The notes under the pieces are model-generated. The model did not search any database. It was given only the letters and a program-made list of their open reading frames with translations, and was not told where the DNA came from. From Phycisphaerales bacterium (GTDB taxonomy: Bacteria; Planctomycetota; Phycisphaerae; Phycisphaerales; UBA1924): DNA of 64,000 nucleotides. Position 1 is the first letter of the stretch. The number at the start of each line of letters is the position of its first letter. The translations under genes and the position numbers were made by a program. Shown piece after piece: positions 53,445 through 62,267 of the stretch. The DNA lies in the NCBI GenBank assembly GCA_029260315.1, contig JAJDDM010000072.1, positions 1,357 through 65,356 of the forward strand, given 5' to 3'.

Positions 53445-54271
53445 GCCCCCTGAACGATCAGAACCGAGACGGGTCGAACCCCGACTGGCTCGATCTCGCC
53501 TGCGACGCCGCGACGGGCGACCTCGCCACCGCGGATCTGGCGCTCTGCGAGGCTTCGCGCCACGACCACGCGGCGGAGTTCGACGAGTTCGATCGCATCG
53601 CGGCGGCCCTCGCAGTCGGGCTCACGCCCATCGAGCAGGCGCCCGGCGACGTCCGGGATCGACTGATGCGCACGCTCCCGGCCATCGAGGCGGAGCCGAT
53701 CGAGTCGCGCCCACTGAGAGTGTCCCCACCGGCGAGTTCGGCGCCGAAAGCCGCGAGTCTCTGGCGGAGCCGCGCGATCGCCGGCTGGTCGATCGCTGCT
53801 CTGCTGGCCCTAGTCGCCGGCGTGATCCTGATCGTCCGGGCGACACCCCCGCAAGCACCCTCGCCCGCCGACGCCCGCCGCCAGCTCATCGCCCGCGGCG
53901 CAACACCGATCGCCTGGGGAGAGTGGTCCGATCCATCCGTCCAGGCCGTCGTGCAGGGCGTGCGCGGCGACGTGGTCTGGGACGACCAGCGCCAGGAGGG
54001 CTACATGCGCTTCGTCGGCCTGCCCACCAACGATCCGAGCGAGGCCCAATACCAGCTTTGGATTCTCGACGGTCGATACGAAGATCCGCTCTCCCAACGC
54101 GTCAGCGGCGGGGTCTTCGACATCCCGCCCGGCGCCGAGGAATGGGTCGTCCCGATCCGCCAAGGGATGCCCATCGAAGACGCCGTGGGCTTCGCGATCA
54201 CCGTCGAACGCCCCGGCGGGGTCTGGGTCTCAGACATGTCCCAGCGTGTGGCCATCGCGCTTAAGGGCTAG
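53441..54271 (+). CDS. anti-sigma factor (RskA-like)
   Basis: The GTG start overlaps the sigma stop (GTGA). A single central TM segment (WSIAALLALVAGVILIV). The C-terminal domain contains YQLWILDG...GFAITVERPGG, typical of the anti-sigma-K RskA family. Confidence 0.8.
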   Translation: MSPLNDQNRDGSNPDWLDLACDAATGDLATADLALCEASRHDHAAEFDEFDRIAAALAVGLTPIEQAPGDVRDRLMRTLPAIEAEPIESRPLRVSPPASSAPKAASLWRSRAIAGWSIAALLALVAGVILIVRATPPQAPSPADARRQLIARGATPIAWGEWSDPSVQAVVQGVRGDVVWDDQRQEGYMRFVGLPTNDPSEAQYQLWILDGRYEDPLSQRVSGGVFDIPPGAEEWVVPIRQGMPIEDAVGFAITVERPGGVWVSDMSQRVAIALKG

Positions 54272-54392
54272 GTCCTGTTTGACGGATCGGTGGAACGGGC
54301 GTCTCGCCCGTTCGTATCGTGGATTATCTCCAACACGCACGGGCGAGACGCCCGTGCCACCGCTGTCTTGTGATCCGTCAAACAGAACCTAG
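54268..54392. mobile_element. 125-bp palindromic element (family B core) between convergent genes
   Basis: The arms are CTAGGTCCTGTTTGACGGATC...GGTGGAACGGGCGTCTCGCCCGT and the reverse complement. CTAG lies at both ends. The element overlaps both stop codons. Confidence 0.8.
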
Positions 54393-54992
54393 AGCCGCAT
54401 CGCGATTCGCGCCCGCCTCGCTATCGTCCATCGGCCGCAGATAGGGCGTCAGGATCTCGGGCACGCGTCGCAGCCCCCGCCGCCTCGCCTTGTCCACGGC
54501 ATACCGCATCGAGTCGTGCATGCGCTTCCGCACGCGGTCGGTGACGTTGAACTCCAGCCGCTCCATCGTGTCGATCGCGAACCGCCAGGCGTGGTACTCC
54601 TCGACGCACCGCAGGCGATGGGTGTCGAAGCCGATCGCATGGTGCCCGATCTCGTGCAGGAAGATCGCGCACGACATCGGTCCCTTCGGGCGCGGCGCCT
54701 CGATCAGCCGGCTGACGCTGCCGTCCCGATAGAGCACCTGCCACGCGACGCCGGACATGCTGGATCGCCACTTGCGGACTCGCACGCCGTGCGTTCGCAG
54801 CATGTCCCGCGTGAGCTGGTCATACCGCTCGCTCATCGCCGGCTTCGCTGCGGGCGCAGGAACACTTGGGCAGGCGGGCGGCGCCGGAAGCACCTCGCCG
54901 ACGCCGACCGATGCATCGTCGCGTCCGGAACGCGGTCGTCGAGGAACGATCCGAGGCTTTGTCGGCTTGAGAATGTCCCACAGCGTCAGCAC
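54378..54992 (-). CDS. hypothetical protein with a HExxH zinc-metallopeptidase-like motif
   Basis: 204 aa. FLHEIGHHAIGF is the only recognisable motif. It lies 16 nt downstream of fmt on the same strand. Confidence 0.6.
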   Translation of the reverse strand: MLTLWDILKPTKPRIVPRRPRSGRDDASVGVGEVLPAPPACPSVPAPAAKPAMSERYDQLTRDMLRTHGVRVRKWRSSMSGVAWQVLYRDGSVSRLIEAPRPKGPMSCAIFLHEIGHHAIGFDTHRLRCVEEYHAWRFAIDTMERLEFNVTDRVRKRMHDSMRYAVDKARRRGLRRVPEILTPYLRPMDDSEAGANRDAALGSV

Positions 54993-55008
54993 GTCCCGTC
55001 CCTGTCGT

Positions 55009-55947
55009 TCACGCTCCGATCAACCGCTCGCCCGCGCCGATGCGCTGCCCGCGGGCAAAGTCTCCCCACGCCATGGCCTTCTTCCCCGCCGGCTGCGCCT
55101 CCAGCACGCGCAGCAGCGTACCCCCGCCGCACGCGACGAGCCCCGCGCCCGGGTCCACGATCGCGCCCGGTTCCTGATTGGGAATCGTGCTCATTTCCGT
55201 TTCCGCTCGCGCCCGCAGCAGCTTGATCTCCGCCTCACGAAACTCCACCCGCACGCCGGGCTTCGGGCTCAGGGCGTTGATCCGACATCGGCAACGCTCG
55301 CTCGATTCGTCGAATCGGACCCACGCGTCGGCGCCGCTGATCTTGCGGGCCAGCGTCACCCTTTGTTCGTCCTGCACCTCGCCCCGGACGGTCCCCGCAT
55401 CCTGCTCCCCCAGCACACGCTCGATCAGGTCCGAGCCCTCGATCGCCAGCCGATCGTGCAGATCCTCGCTCGTCTCGCTGCCCCCGATCGGCGCCGACGC
55501 CCGCGCCAGCACCAGCCCCGCATCCATCTTCTCCGCCAGGGTGATCACCGAGTTGCCCGTCTCAGAGTCCCCCGCCAGGATCGCCGCCTGAATCGGCGCG
55601 GCCCCACGCCACCTCGGTAACAGCGACGCGTGCAGATTGATCGCGAACACTCCCTCCAGCAACCCCGCCGAGAGCTTCTGCCCGAACGCGATCACGACCC
55701 ACGCATCAGCCGCCAGATCCCGCAGCTTCCCGGCGATCTCCGCCTGGTTGACATTCTCCGGCTTGTGCAGTTCGATCTGCGGCGCGTGCGCCTCGACCCA
55801 CTCGCCCACGGGCGTCGCCCGCAACTTGCCCCCGCGCCCCGCCGGGCGATCCGGCTGGGTCACGATCCCCACCACCTCGTGCGATCGCGTCAGCGACGCC
55901 AGCGTCGGCAGGGCAAACGGGCTGGACCCGAAGAAGATCAGCCGCAC
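55009..55947 (-). CDS. fmt: methionyl-tRNA formyltransferase
   Basis: MRLIFFGSSPFALPTL, VTQPDRPAGRG, INLHASLLPRWRGAAPI and the C-terminal domain are present. It lies directly after def. Confidence 0.92.
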   Translation of the reverse strand: MRLIFFGSSPFALPTLASLTRSHEVVGIVTQPDRPAGRGGKLRATPVGEWVEAHAPQIELHKPENVNQAEIAGKLRDLAADAWVVIAFGQKLSAGLLEGVFAINLHASLLPRWRGAAPIQAAILAGDSETGNSVITLAEKMDAGLVLARASAPIGGSETSEDLHDRLAIEGSDLIERVLGEQDAGTVRGEVQDEQRVTLARKISGADAWVRFDESSERCRCRINALSPKPGVRVEFREAEIKLLRARAETEMSTIPNQEPGAIVDPGAGLVACGGGTLLRVLEAQPAGKKAMAWGDFARGQRIGAGERLIGA

Positions 55948-56496
55948 CTAGCGCCCCCGCTCCATCGCCCGGATCGTCGCCCGATTCCGCAGACGCGACA
56001 TCTGCGTGAACCGATCCAGGATCAGCACACCCTCCAGATGGTCGAACTCGTGCTGCCAGCAGCGCGCGACCAACCCGCTGGCGGTCCCGGTGATCGCCTT
56101 ACCATCCAGATCCAGCGCCTCGATCGTCACCGTCCGCGGCCGCAGCACGTCGCCCCGCACCCCCGGGATGCTCAGACACCCCTCGTTGAACGGCTCGATC
56201 GGCCCCTCCGGCGAGCGGATCACGGGATTGACATAGACCAGCGCCGGGATCGTCGAGCGATCCAGAGGCCCCTCGTCGCCCTCCTCCAACTCCGGCACGC
56301 GGGTCACGAATATCCGCCACGAGAGCCCGACCTGCGGCGCAGCCAGCCCGATCCCCTCGGCCTGATCCATCAGCTCGATCATCCGCGCCGCGACCGCCCG
56401 CATCTCCTCATTGACCGCGTCGATCGGCTCGGCGCGAACGCGGAGGATCGGGTCCGGAAACTCCATGATTCGCAGCTCGCCCGGATCCACGCCCAT
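55948..56496 (-). CDS. def: peptide deformylase
   Basis: This is the 3' 549 nt of ORF 55948..56994(-). GIGLAAPQVG, EGCLSIPG and QHEFDHLEG are present. The start is ATG 56496, or alternatively 56466. Confidence 0.9.
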   Translation of the reverse strand: MGVDPGELRIMEFPDPILRVRAEPIDAVNEEMRAVAARMIELMDQAEGIGLAAPQVGLSWRIFVTRVPELEEGDEGPLDRSTIPALVYVNPVIRSPEGPIEPFNEGCLSIPGVRGDVLRPRTVTIEALDLDGKAITGTASGLVARCWQHEFDHLEGVLILDRFTQMSRLRNRATIRAMERGR

Positions 56497-56701
56497 GGGT
56501 CCATCGTAGATCCCGCTGTCCTCGCGCGCCCCGGATTCGCCTCCCGTTCGGGAACAAACGGGACACGACCACCCGCCGTCGCACGCCCTCCGGGGGTGTA
56601 GAATCGCCCCGCGATCCGCGCGGGGAACTCCCCCCGGCATCCCGCGTCGGATCCGGCTCACCCCCTCGCGAACACGGGCCGCGAACAAAGGAAGGCTGAC
56701 C

Positions 56702-58216
56702 TTGGCGATCTTCGGCAAGAAGAAATCGGATGAAGAGCAGCAGGACGAGACGCCGCAGCCCGGAGCGGATCTCGCGGTCGAGCACTCTCCCGAGAAGGCC
56801 AAGCGTTTCTTCGACCGAGCCAAGACCGTCCACGAATCCGGCCAGTACGAGTACGCCATGTCGCTCTGGCTCGACGGGCTCAAGTGGGACCCGACGGACC
56901 TGGGAGCAATCGAGAAGTTCGCGCTCAGCGCGTCGGCGTTCAACAACAGCAAGACCAAGCCCAGCAAGGAGACCGTCCGAAACATCGAGGGCAAACGCCT
57001 GGTCGATCGCTACGCCCTGGCCCTGCTCCAGTGGGGGGTCAAGCCCCGCGACGCGTCGTCAGTTGTGAAGGCCGCCGAGGCCGCCGCCAAGATCGACGCC
57101 GAGAGCGCCCTCAACATGAGCGAGGTCGTCTACTGGATCGGCGAGCGGGCCCTGGCGATCATCCGCTCGGACAAGCCGAAGAAGGACCACTACGTCAAGC
57201 TCATGAACGCCTGCCGGACCGCCCGCGTGTACGACCTCGCGGTCGCCGCCGGCGACGAGGGCGTCAGGCTCGATCCCACCGACTCCAACCTCGCCGCCGA
57301 CACCCGCAACCTCGCGGCCCAGGCGACGATGTCCACCGGCGGCTACGCCGGCACCGGAGAGGCCGGCGGCTTCCGCGCGAACATCAAGGACGCCAACCAG
57401 CAGCGCCTCGTCGAGGAGCGCGAGCGCATCGTCAAGACCGAGGACGTCAAGGACCGGCTCGTGAGTGTCGCCGAGCAGGAGTACGCCCGCAGGCCCGACG
57501 ACCTGCCGACCGTCCGCCAATATGTCAAAGCGCTGAAAGAACGCGGCCGCGAGGACGACGAAAAACTCGCCTACCGCCTGCTTATGAAGGCCTACGAGGA
57601 GACCAAGCAGTTCCAGCTCAAGGTCGACGCCGACGATATCCGGTTGCGCCAGGCACGCCGGGCGCTGATGAAGTACCGCGACGCCGCCGAGGAGAATCCC
57701 GACCACACCCAGGCCCGGGAGAACTTCAAGAAGGCCGAACGCAAGTTCATCGAGATGGAAGTCGAGACGCTGCGTGCCCAGGTCGAAGCCTACCCCACCG
57801 ACCTGCGCCTCAAGTTCGAACTCGGCAAGCGCGAACTCAAGCTCGACAACCACGACGAGGCCATCGCCCTCTTCCAGGAGAGCCAGGACGATCCCAAGTA
57901 TCGCGCCAGCTCCCTCGCCCTCCTCGGCGAGTCGTTCTTCAGGCAGGACTGGGTCGACGAGGCGATCGACACCTACCGCCGCGCCCTCGACGGGCACGAG
58001 GACACCAAGGATTCCTCCGGCCTCGACCTGCGCTACGGCCTCATGCTCGCCCTCCAGCGCAAGGCCCGCGAGGAAAACGATCTCGAGGCCGCCAGCGAGG
58101 CCGAGAAGCTCGCCAGCGGCATCGCCATCCAGCAGATCAACTACCGCGACATCAAGGATCGGCGCAACGAGTTGAAACAACTCGTCGGCGAGCTCAAGCA
58201 GCGCCAGGCGGGCTGA
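56702..58216 (+). CDS. TPR-like repeat protein, hypothetical
   Basis: 504-aa helical-repeat protein. The TTG start at 56702 is preceded by AAGGAAGG. No family-specific motif. Confidence 0.65.
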   Translation: MAIFGKKKSDEEQQDETPQPGADLAVEHSPEKAKRFFDRAKTVHESGQYEYAMSLWLDGLKWDPTDLGAIEKFALSASAFNNSKTKPSKETVRNIEGKRLVDRYALALLQWGVKPRDASSVVKAAEAAAKIDAESALNMSEVVYWIGERALAIIRSDKPKKDHYVKLMNACRTARVYDLAVAAGDEGVRLDPTDSNLAADTRNLAAQATMSTGGYAGTGEAGGFRANIKDANQQRLVEERERIVKTEDVKDRLVSVAEQEYARRPDDLPTVRQYVKALKERGREDDEKLAYRLLMKAYEETKQFQLKVDADDIRLRQARRALMKYRDAAEENPDHTQARENFKKAERKFIEMEVETLRAQVEAYPTDLRLKFELGKRELKLDNHDEAIALFQESQDDPKYRASSLALLGESFFRQDWVDEAIDTYRRALDGHEDTKDSSGLDLRYGLMLALQRKAREENDLEAASEAEKLASGIAIQQINYRDIKDRRNELKQLVGELKQRQAG

Positions 58217-58951
58217 GTGGACGCTCTCGCCATCATTCCCGCCCGCTACGCCTCCGAGCGATTCCCCGCCAAGGCCCTCGCCCGCGACACCGGCAAGCCC
58301 CTCATCCAGCACGTCGTCGAGGCCGCCCAGGCCTGCGACGCCATCGACCGCGTCGTCGTCGCCACCGACGACGAGCGCATCGCGTCGGCCGTCAGTTCCT
58401 TCGGCACAGAGTCCGTCATGACCCGCGCCGACCACGACAACGGCACCAGCCGATTAGCAGAAGCCGCCTGGACCCTCGATCTGCGCCCCGACACCATCGT
58501 CGTCAACATCCAGGGCGACGAGCCCGAGATCGAGCCCGCCGCCGTCGACGGCGCGATCGCACTCCTCGAATCCAGCGCCTGCGACATGGCCACCGCCGCG
58601 GCACCCATCCTCTCCCGCGCCGATCACCTCGACCCCAACGTCGTCAAGGTCGTCCTCGACCGCAACAGCCGCGCCCTCTACTTCTCCCGCGCCCCGATCC
58701 CCTACCCGCGCACCCTCGGCGTCACCCCCCTACGCCACATCGGCCTCTACGTCTACCGCTGCGACTTCCTCGAACGTTACGCCGACCTGCCCTCGACCCC
58801 GCTCGAAAAGGCCGAGCGCCTCGAGCAGCTCCGGGCATTGGAGCACGGGCACACGATTGGCGTTCATCTGACCGATGCGGCGTGGTCGGGCATCGACACC
58901 CCCGAGCAATACGCCGCATTCGTCGAGCGCTGGACAGCCCGTGAGCGCTGA
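58217..58951 (+). CDS. kdsB: 3-deoxy-manno-octulosonate cytidylyltransferase (CMP-KDO synthetase)
   Basis: IIPARYASERFPAKAL, GKPLIQHV, NIQGDEP, LEQLRALEHG. GTG start. Confidence 0.9.
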   Translation: MDALAIIPARYASERFPAKALARDTGKPLIQHVVEAAQACDAIDRVVVATDDERIASAVSSFGTESVMTRADHDNGTSRLAEAAWTLDLRPDTIVVNIQGDEPEIEPAAVDGAIALLESSACDMATAAAPILSRADHLDPNVVKVVLDRNSRALYFSRAPIPYPRTLGVTPLRHIGLYVYRCDFLERYADLPSTPLEKAERLEQLRALEHGHTIGVHLTDAAWSGIDTPEQYAAFVERWTARER

Positions 58952-58957
58952 CCCGCC

Positions 58958-59097
58958 GGTGCCACTGGTGGCTCGCCCACCAGTGCGATCCACCAGGTGC
59001 ATTCATCCACGCCAAGACCGTGCCACCGAGATGGCCGGTCCTCCGGCCATCTCGGTGCTTCTTCACACCGTGCCGCTGGTGGCTCGCCACCAGTGCC
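58958..59097. repeat. Three tandem hairpin repeats (family F) in the kdsB-mqn spacer
   Basis: GGTGCCACTGGTGG-ctcgc-CCACCAGTGC at 58958-58986. A perfect 15-bp stem CACCGAGATGGCCGG-tcct-CCGGCCATCTCGGTG at 59024-59057. CGTGCCGCTGGTGGCTCGCCACCAGTGCC at 59069-59097. Confidence 0.85.
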
Positions 59098-59135
59098 GAA
59101 CGTAGAGACCTCCTCCCAACCCATACCCTCACCTC

Positions 59136-60056
59136 ATGCCCACTCTCACCCTCGCCCACTCCCCCGACGCCGACGACATGGCCATGTGGTGGCCCATCAC
59201 TGGCATGCGAGATCCCCAAGGCGATCCCATCGCCGGCGAGCTTGGAAGTCCCGTCCTCGACACCGCCCGCTGGCGCTTCGATCCCATCCCCGACGACGTC
59301 CAGCGCCTCAACCGGCGTGCGATCGACACCGCCGACCTCGACATCACCGCCATCTCCGCTCACGCCTACCCGCACGTTCGCGACCGCTACGCCATCACCG
59401 CCTGCGGCGGCTCCTTCGGCGAGGGCTACGGCCCCAAACTCGTCGTCGCCGCCAGCAGCCCGCACGCCTCATTAGACCATCTATTCGAAGGCCGGAGCCC
59501 GACCCTCGCGGTTCCCGGCCTGCACACCACGGCGTACCTCGCCCTCTGCGTGCTGCTCGGACGCCGACTCGACACCCACGAACGCCTGTTCAGCGAGATC
59601 CCCGGCGCCGTTGCCTCCGGCGAGTTCGACGCCGGCCTGCTCATCCACGAGGCCCAGCTCTCCTTCGCCGACCTCGGCCTGCGCCCCCTCGCCGATCTCG
59701 GCTCGCTCTGGAAAGACCGATTCGATTCGATCCTCCCTCTCGGCCTCAACGTCATCGGGCGCGATCTCGATGCGCGATTCGGCGAGGGCTCGCTCGCCGA
59801 GGTCTCAAGGATCCTCCGCGACTCGGTCGCTTGCGCCATGCAACGCCGCGCCGACACCAAGACCTTCCTGCGCCTCCACGCCGAGCGCCGACCAGAATGG
59901 CTCGACGATGCACTCGTCGACCGCTACCTCGACATGTACGTCAGCGAGATGACATTGGACATGGGCGCCGTCGGCATCGACGCTCTCACAACGCTGCTCA
60001 CCCACGGCGCACGCCTCGACCTCTGCCCCGACCCCGCCGAGATCCACACCTACTGA
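59136..60056 (+). CDS. MqnA/MqnD family protein (futalosine-pathway menaquinone biosynthesis)
   Basis: LTLAHSPDADDMAMWW at the N-terminus and a periplasmic-binding-protein-like fold length of about 300 aa. I cannot separate MqnA from MqnD by eye. Confidence 0.7.
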   Translation: MPTLTLAHSPDADDMAMWWPITGMRDPQGDPIAGELGSPVLDTARWRFDPIPDDVQRLNRRAIDTADLDITAISAHAYPHVRDRYAITACGGSFGEGYGPKLVVAASSPHASLDHLFEGRSPTLAVPGLHTTAYLALCVLLGRRLDTHERLFSEIPGAVASGEFDAGLLIHEAQLSFADLGLRPLADLGSLWKDRFDSILPLGLNVIGRDLDARFGEGSLAEVSRILRDSVACAMQRRADTKTFLRLHAERRPEWLDDALVDRYLDMYVSEMTLDMGAVGIDALTTLLTHGARLDLCPDPAEIHTY

Positions 60057-60087
60057 TCGAACAGCGATCCCGGATCACCGACGCTTC

Positions 60088-60192
60088 ATTCTCACCGCGG
60101 AGACACGGAGACACGGAGAGGAACAATGCATTGACTCCGTGACTCCGTGGTGAATCCCTGCCCGATTCCTCTCTGTGCCCTCTGTGGTGAAT
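60088..60192. repeat. Repeat family G, second (unexpanded) copy
   Basis: CACCGCGGAGACACGGAGACACGGAG ... GACTCCGTGACTCCGTGGTGAA ... CTCTGTGCCCTCTGTGGTGAAT has the same core as 4787-4925. Confidence 0.8.
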
Positions 60193-60231
60193 AAGCCTTT
60201 GCGGTCTTGGCTGGGACCATACACTCGCCCC

Positions 60232-60957
60232 ATGCGCATCTTGAAGACCGACCTCGGCGTCACGATCGAACCCGACAACGCCGCGCCCCTCGAAGTCCGC
60301 CACATCATCGGCATCGGCCGCAACTACGCCGAGCACGCCGGCGAGATGGGCGCCGACCTCCCCGAGCGCCCCATGGTCTTCTTCAAGAGCCCGGCCAGCG
60401 CCACCATCCATGGCGAGCCCATCGTCATCCCGCCGATCTGCGTCGATCCGGACACCGGCGGCGAGCAGGTCGACTTCGAGGCAGAACTCGCCGTCGTGAT
60501 CGGCAGGCCGGCGCGCGACGTCCCTCTGGACGGGGCCCTCGATCACGTCCTCGGCTACTGCTGCGCCAACGACGTCTCGGCCCGATGGTGGCAGCGCCAC
60601 GGCTCCGCGGGGCAGTTCTGCCGGGGCAAGAGCTTCGACACGTTCTGCCCGCTCGGCCCGAAGATCACCCCCGCCGAGCGCGTGCCCGATCCCCAGAATC
60701 TGCGGATCCGCTGCCGGGTCAACGGCGAGACGATGCAGGACGCGAGCACCGCCGACATGATCTTCCCCGTCGCCCAGCTCATCAGCGAGCTCAGCCGCGG
60801 CACGACGCTCCTGCCCGGCACGGTGCTCGTCACGGGCTCACCGAGCGGCGTCGGCTTCGCCCGCTCGCCGCAGGTCTTCCTGCGCGACGGCGACACGGTC
60901 GAGGTCGAGATCGAGGGCCTCGGCATCCTTCGCAATCCGGTTCAACTCGAACGCTGA
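60232..60957 (+). CDS. fumarylacetoacetate hydrolase (FAH) family protein
   Basis: IGIGRNYAEHA, FFKSPAS, DFEAELAVVIG, GYCCANDVSAR, GKSFDTFCPLGP and TGSPSGVG are present. The start is ATG 60232. Confidence 0.88.
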   Translation: MRILKTDLGVTIEPDNAAPLEVRHIIGIGRNYAEHAGEMGADLPERPMVFFKSPASATIHGEPIVIPPICVDPDTGGEQVDFEAELAVVIGRPARDVPLDGALDHVLGYCCANDVSARWWQRHGSAGQFCRGKSFDTFCPLGPKITPAERVPDPQNLRIRCRVNGETMQDASTADMIFPVAQLISELSRGTTLLPGTVLVTGSPSGVGFARSPQVFLRDGDTVEVEIEGLGILRNPVQLER

Positions 60958-60991
60958 CGTCCGGGCTCTTCCACGTCGGGTCCCTGCCTGC

Positions 60992-61507
60992 CTATCGCCC
61001 CAAGGCTTCGAGCTCTCGCTCGATCACCCCGACCAGCTTCGCTGCCTCCTCCTCGCTCGGCACGCCCACGGTCCGGTACAGCACCTCGCCATCAGCGCCG
61101 ACCAGCACGATCGTCGGGATCCCCTCGACACTCATCTCCTCGGCCAACGGGTCGGCGTTGAGCAGGATCTGGTAGGTGTACCCCGCGTCCTGCATGAACC
61201 GCAGCGGGTCGGATCGCTCCCAGACGTTGGCGCCGAAGACGTTCAGGCCCCGCCCGCCATAGGTCTCGTGCAGGTGCTGCACCTCCGGCATCGCGATCCG
61301 GCAGGGGCCGCACCAGGTCGCCCAGAAATCCAGCAGCACGAGCTCGCCTCGATAGTCCTCGCTCGTGTGCGTCCGCCCGACGCCATCCACCAGCCGCCAA
61401 TCCGGCGCATCGCCCAGATCCTGCGGCATCATCCGGAACAGCAGCACGCCTCCCAGAGCCACCACGATCAGCACCGGGAACAGCGGGAAGGACCTGCGAT
61501 CGCTCAT
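60992..61507 (-). CDS. TlpA/ResA-like thiol:disulfide oxidoreductase (thioredoxin fold), membrane-anchored
   Basis: N-terminal TM segment. LLDFWATWCGPCRIAMPEV contains the WCxxC motif. Confidence 0.88.
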   Translation of the reverse strand: MSDRRSFPLFPVLIVVALGGVLLFRMMPQDLGDAPDWRLVDGVGRTHTSEDYRGELVLLDFWATWCGPCRIAMPEVQHLHETYGGRGLNVFGANVWERSDPLRFMQDAGYTYQILLNADPLAEEMSVEGIPTIVLVGADGEVLYRTVGVPSEEEAAKLVGVIERELEALGR

Positions 61508-61524
61508 GCCTGGCTCCGTGACAG

Positions 61525-62058
61525 ATGGACGAGAACCTGGGGAACCCCTCGCCCCTGCGTATTGTTCGACCGCCCGTGGCCAAGAAGAAGAAACAATCCG
61601 GCACGCCGAACGTCGAGAACCGCAAGGCGCGGTTCCAGTACCACATCCACGAGACGCTGGAGGTCGGCATCCAGCTCCAGGGCTCGGAGGTCAAGAGCGT
61701 CCGCGCCGGCAACGTGTCGATCGCCGAGGGCTTTGTGCGGGTCGAATCCAGCCCGCCCGCGCTCTTCCTCCACGGCGTGACCATCGGCGAGTACGGCCCG
61801 GCCGGGGGCATGGGGCACGCCCCGACCCGGACTCGCAAGCTGCTGGCGCACCGCCAGGAGATCGCCAAGCTCCAGCGGACGGTGGACCGCAAGGGCGTGA
61901 CGATCGTGCCGCTGAAGCTGTATTTCAAGAACGGGTTCGCGAAGCTGCTGGTGGGCGTGGGCGAGGGCAAGAGCCGCTCGGACAAGCGCCAGACGATCGC
62001 CGAGCGAGATACGCAGCGGGACATGCAGCGGGCGATGACGCGCAAGAGGATCGGGTGA
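61525..62058 (+). CDS. smpB: SsrA-binding protein
   Basis: NRKARFQYHI, GIQLQGSEVKSVR, TRKLLAHRQEI, LKLYFKNGFAK and GKSRSDKRQ are present. Confidence 0.92.
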   Translation: MDENLGNPSPLRIVRPPVAKKKKQSGTPNVENRKARFQYHIHETLEVGIQLQGSEVKSVRAGNVSIAEGFVRVESSPPALFLHGVTIGEYGPAGGMGHAPTRTRKLLAHRQEIAKLQRTVDRKGVTIVPLKLYFKNGFAKLLVGVGEGKSRSDKRQTIAERDTQRDMQRAMTRKRIG

Positions 62059-62090
62059 GGCAAGAGCCCGGAGTCGCGTGCCGATCCGGT

Positions 62091-62233
62091 GGTGCCGTGG
62101 TCTGAGGAGGCTTTGCGACAAATGGCCACGCGCACGCCCCCGAAGACGACAATCCGTCGCTCGCGCCAAGACTTGACAGCGGTTGGCAACTCGGCGTGGC
62201 CTTCGCTCGAAGACTCGCTCAGACCACGGCACC
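62091..62233. mobile_element. MITE-like element, family C, copy 3 (143 bp, inverted relative to copies 1 and 2)
   Basis: The ends are GGTGCCGTGGTCTGAGGAGGCTTTGCGAC and GGCGTGGCCTTCGCTCGAAGACTCGCTCAGACCACGGCACC. The ends match the reverse complements of the copy 2 ends. Confidence 0.8.
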
Positions 62234-62267
62234 CCTCGGCGAACGCTACGCGCCCGCTGAATTTGCG

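Noticed and set aside
56497-56994. The N-terminal 166-aa extension of the def ORF.
   Set aside because: It overlaps the TPR gene start on the other strand. The deformylase homology begins at MGVDPGELRIMEFPDPILR.
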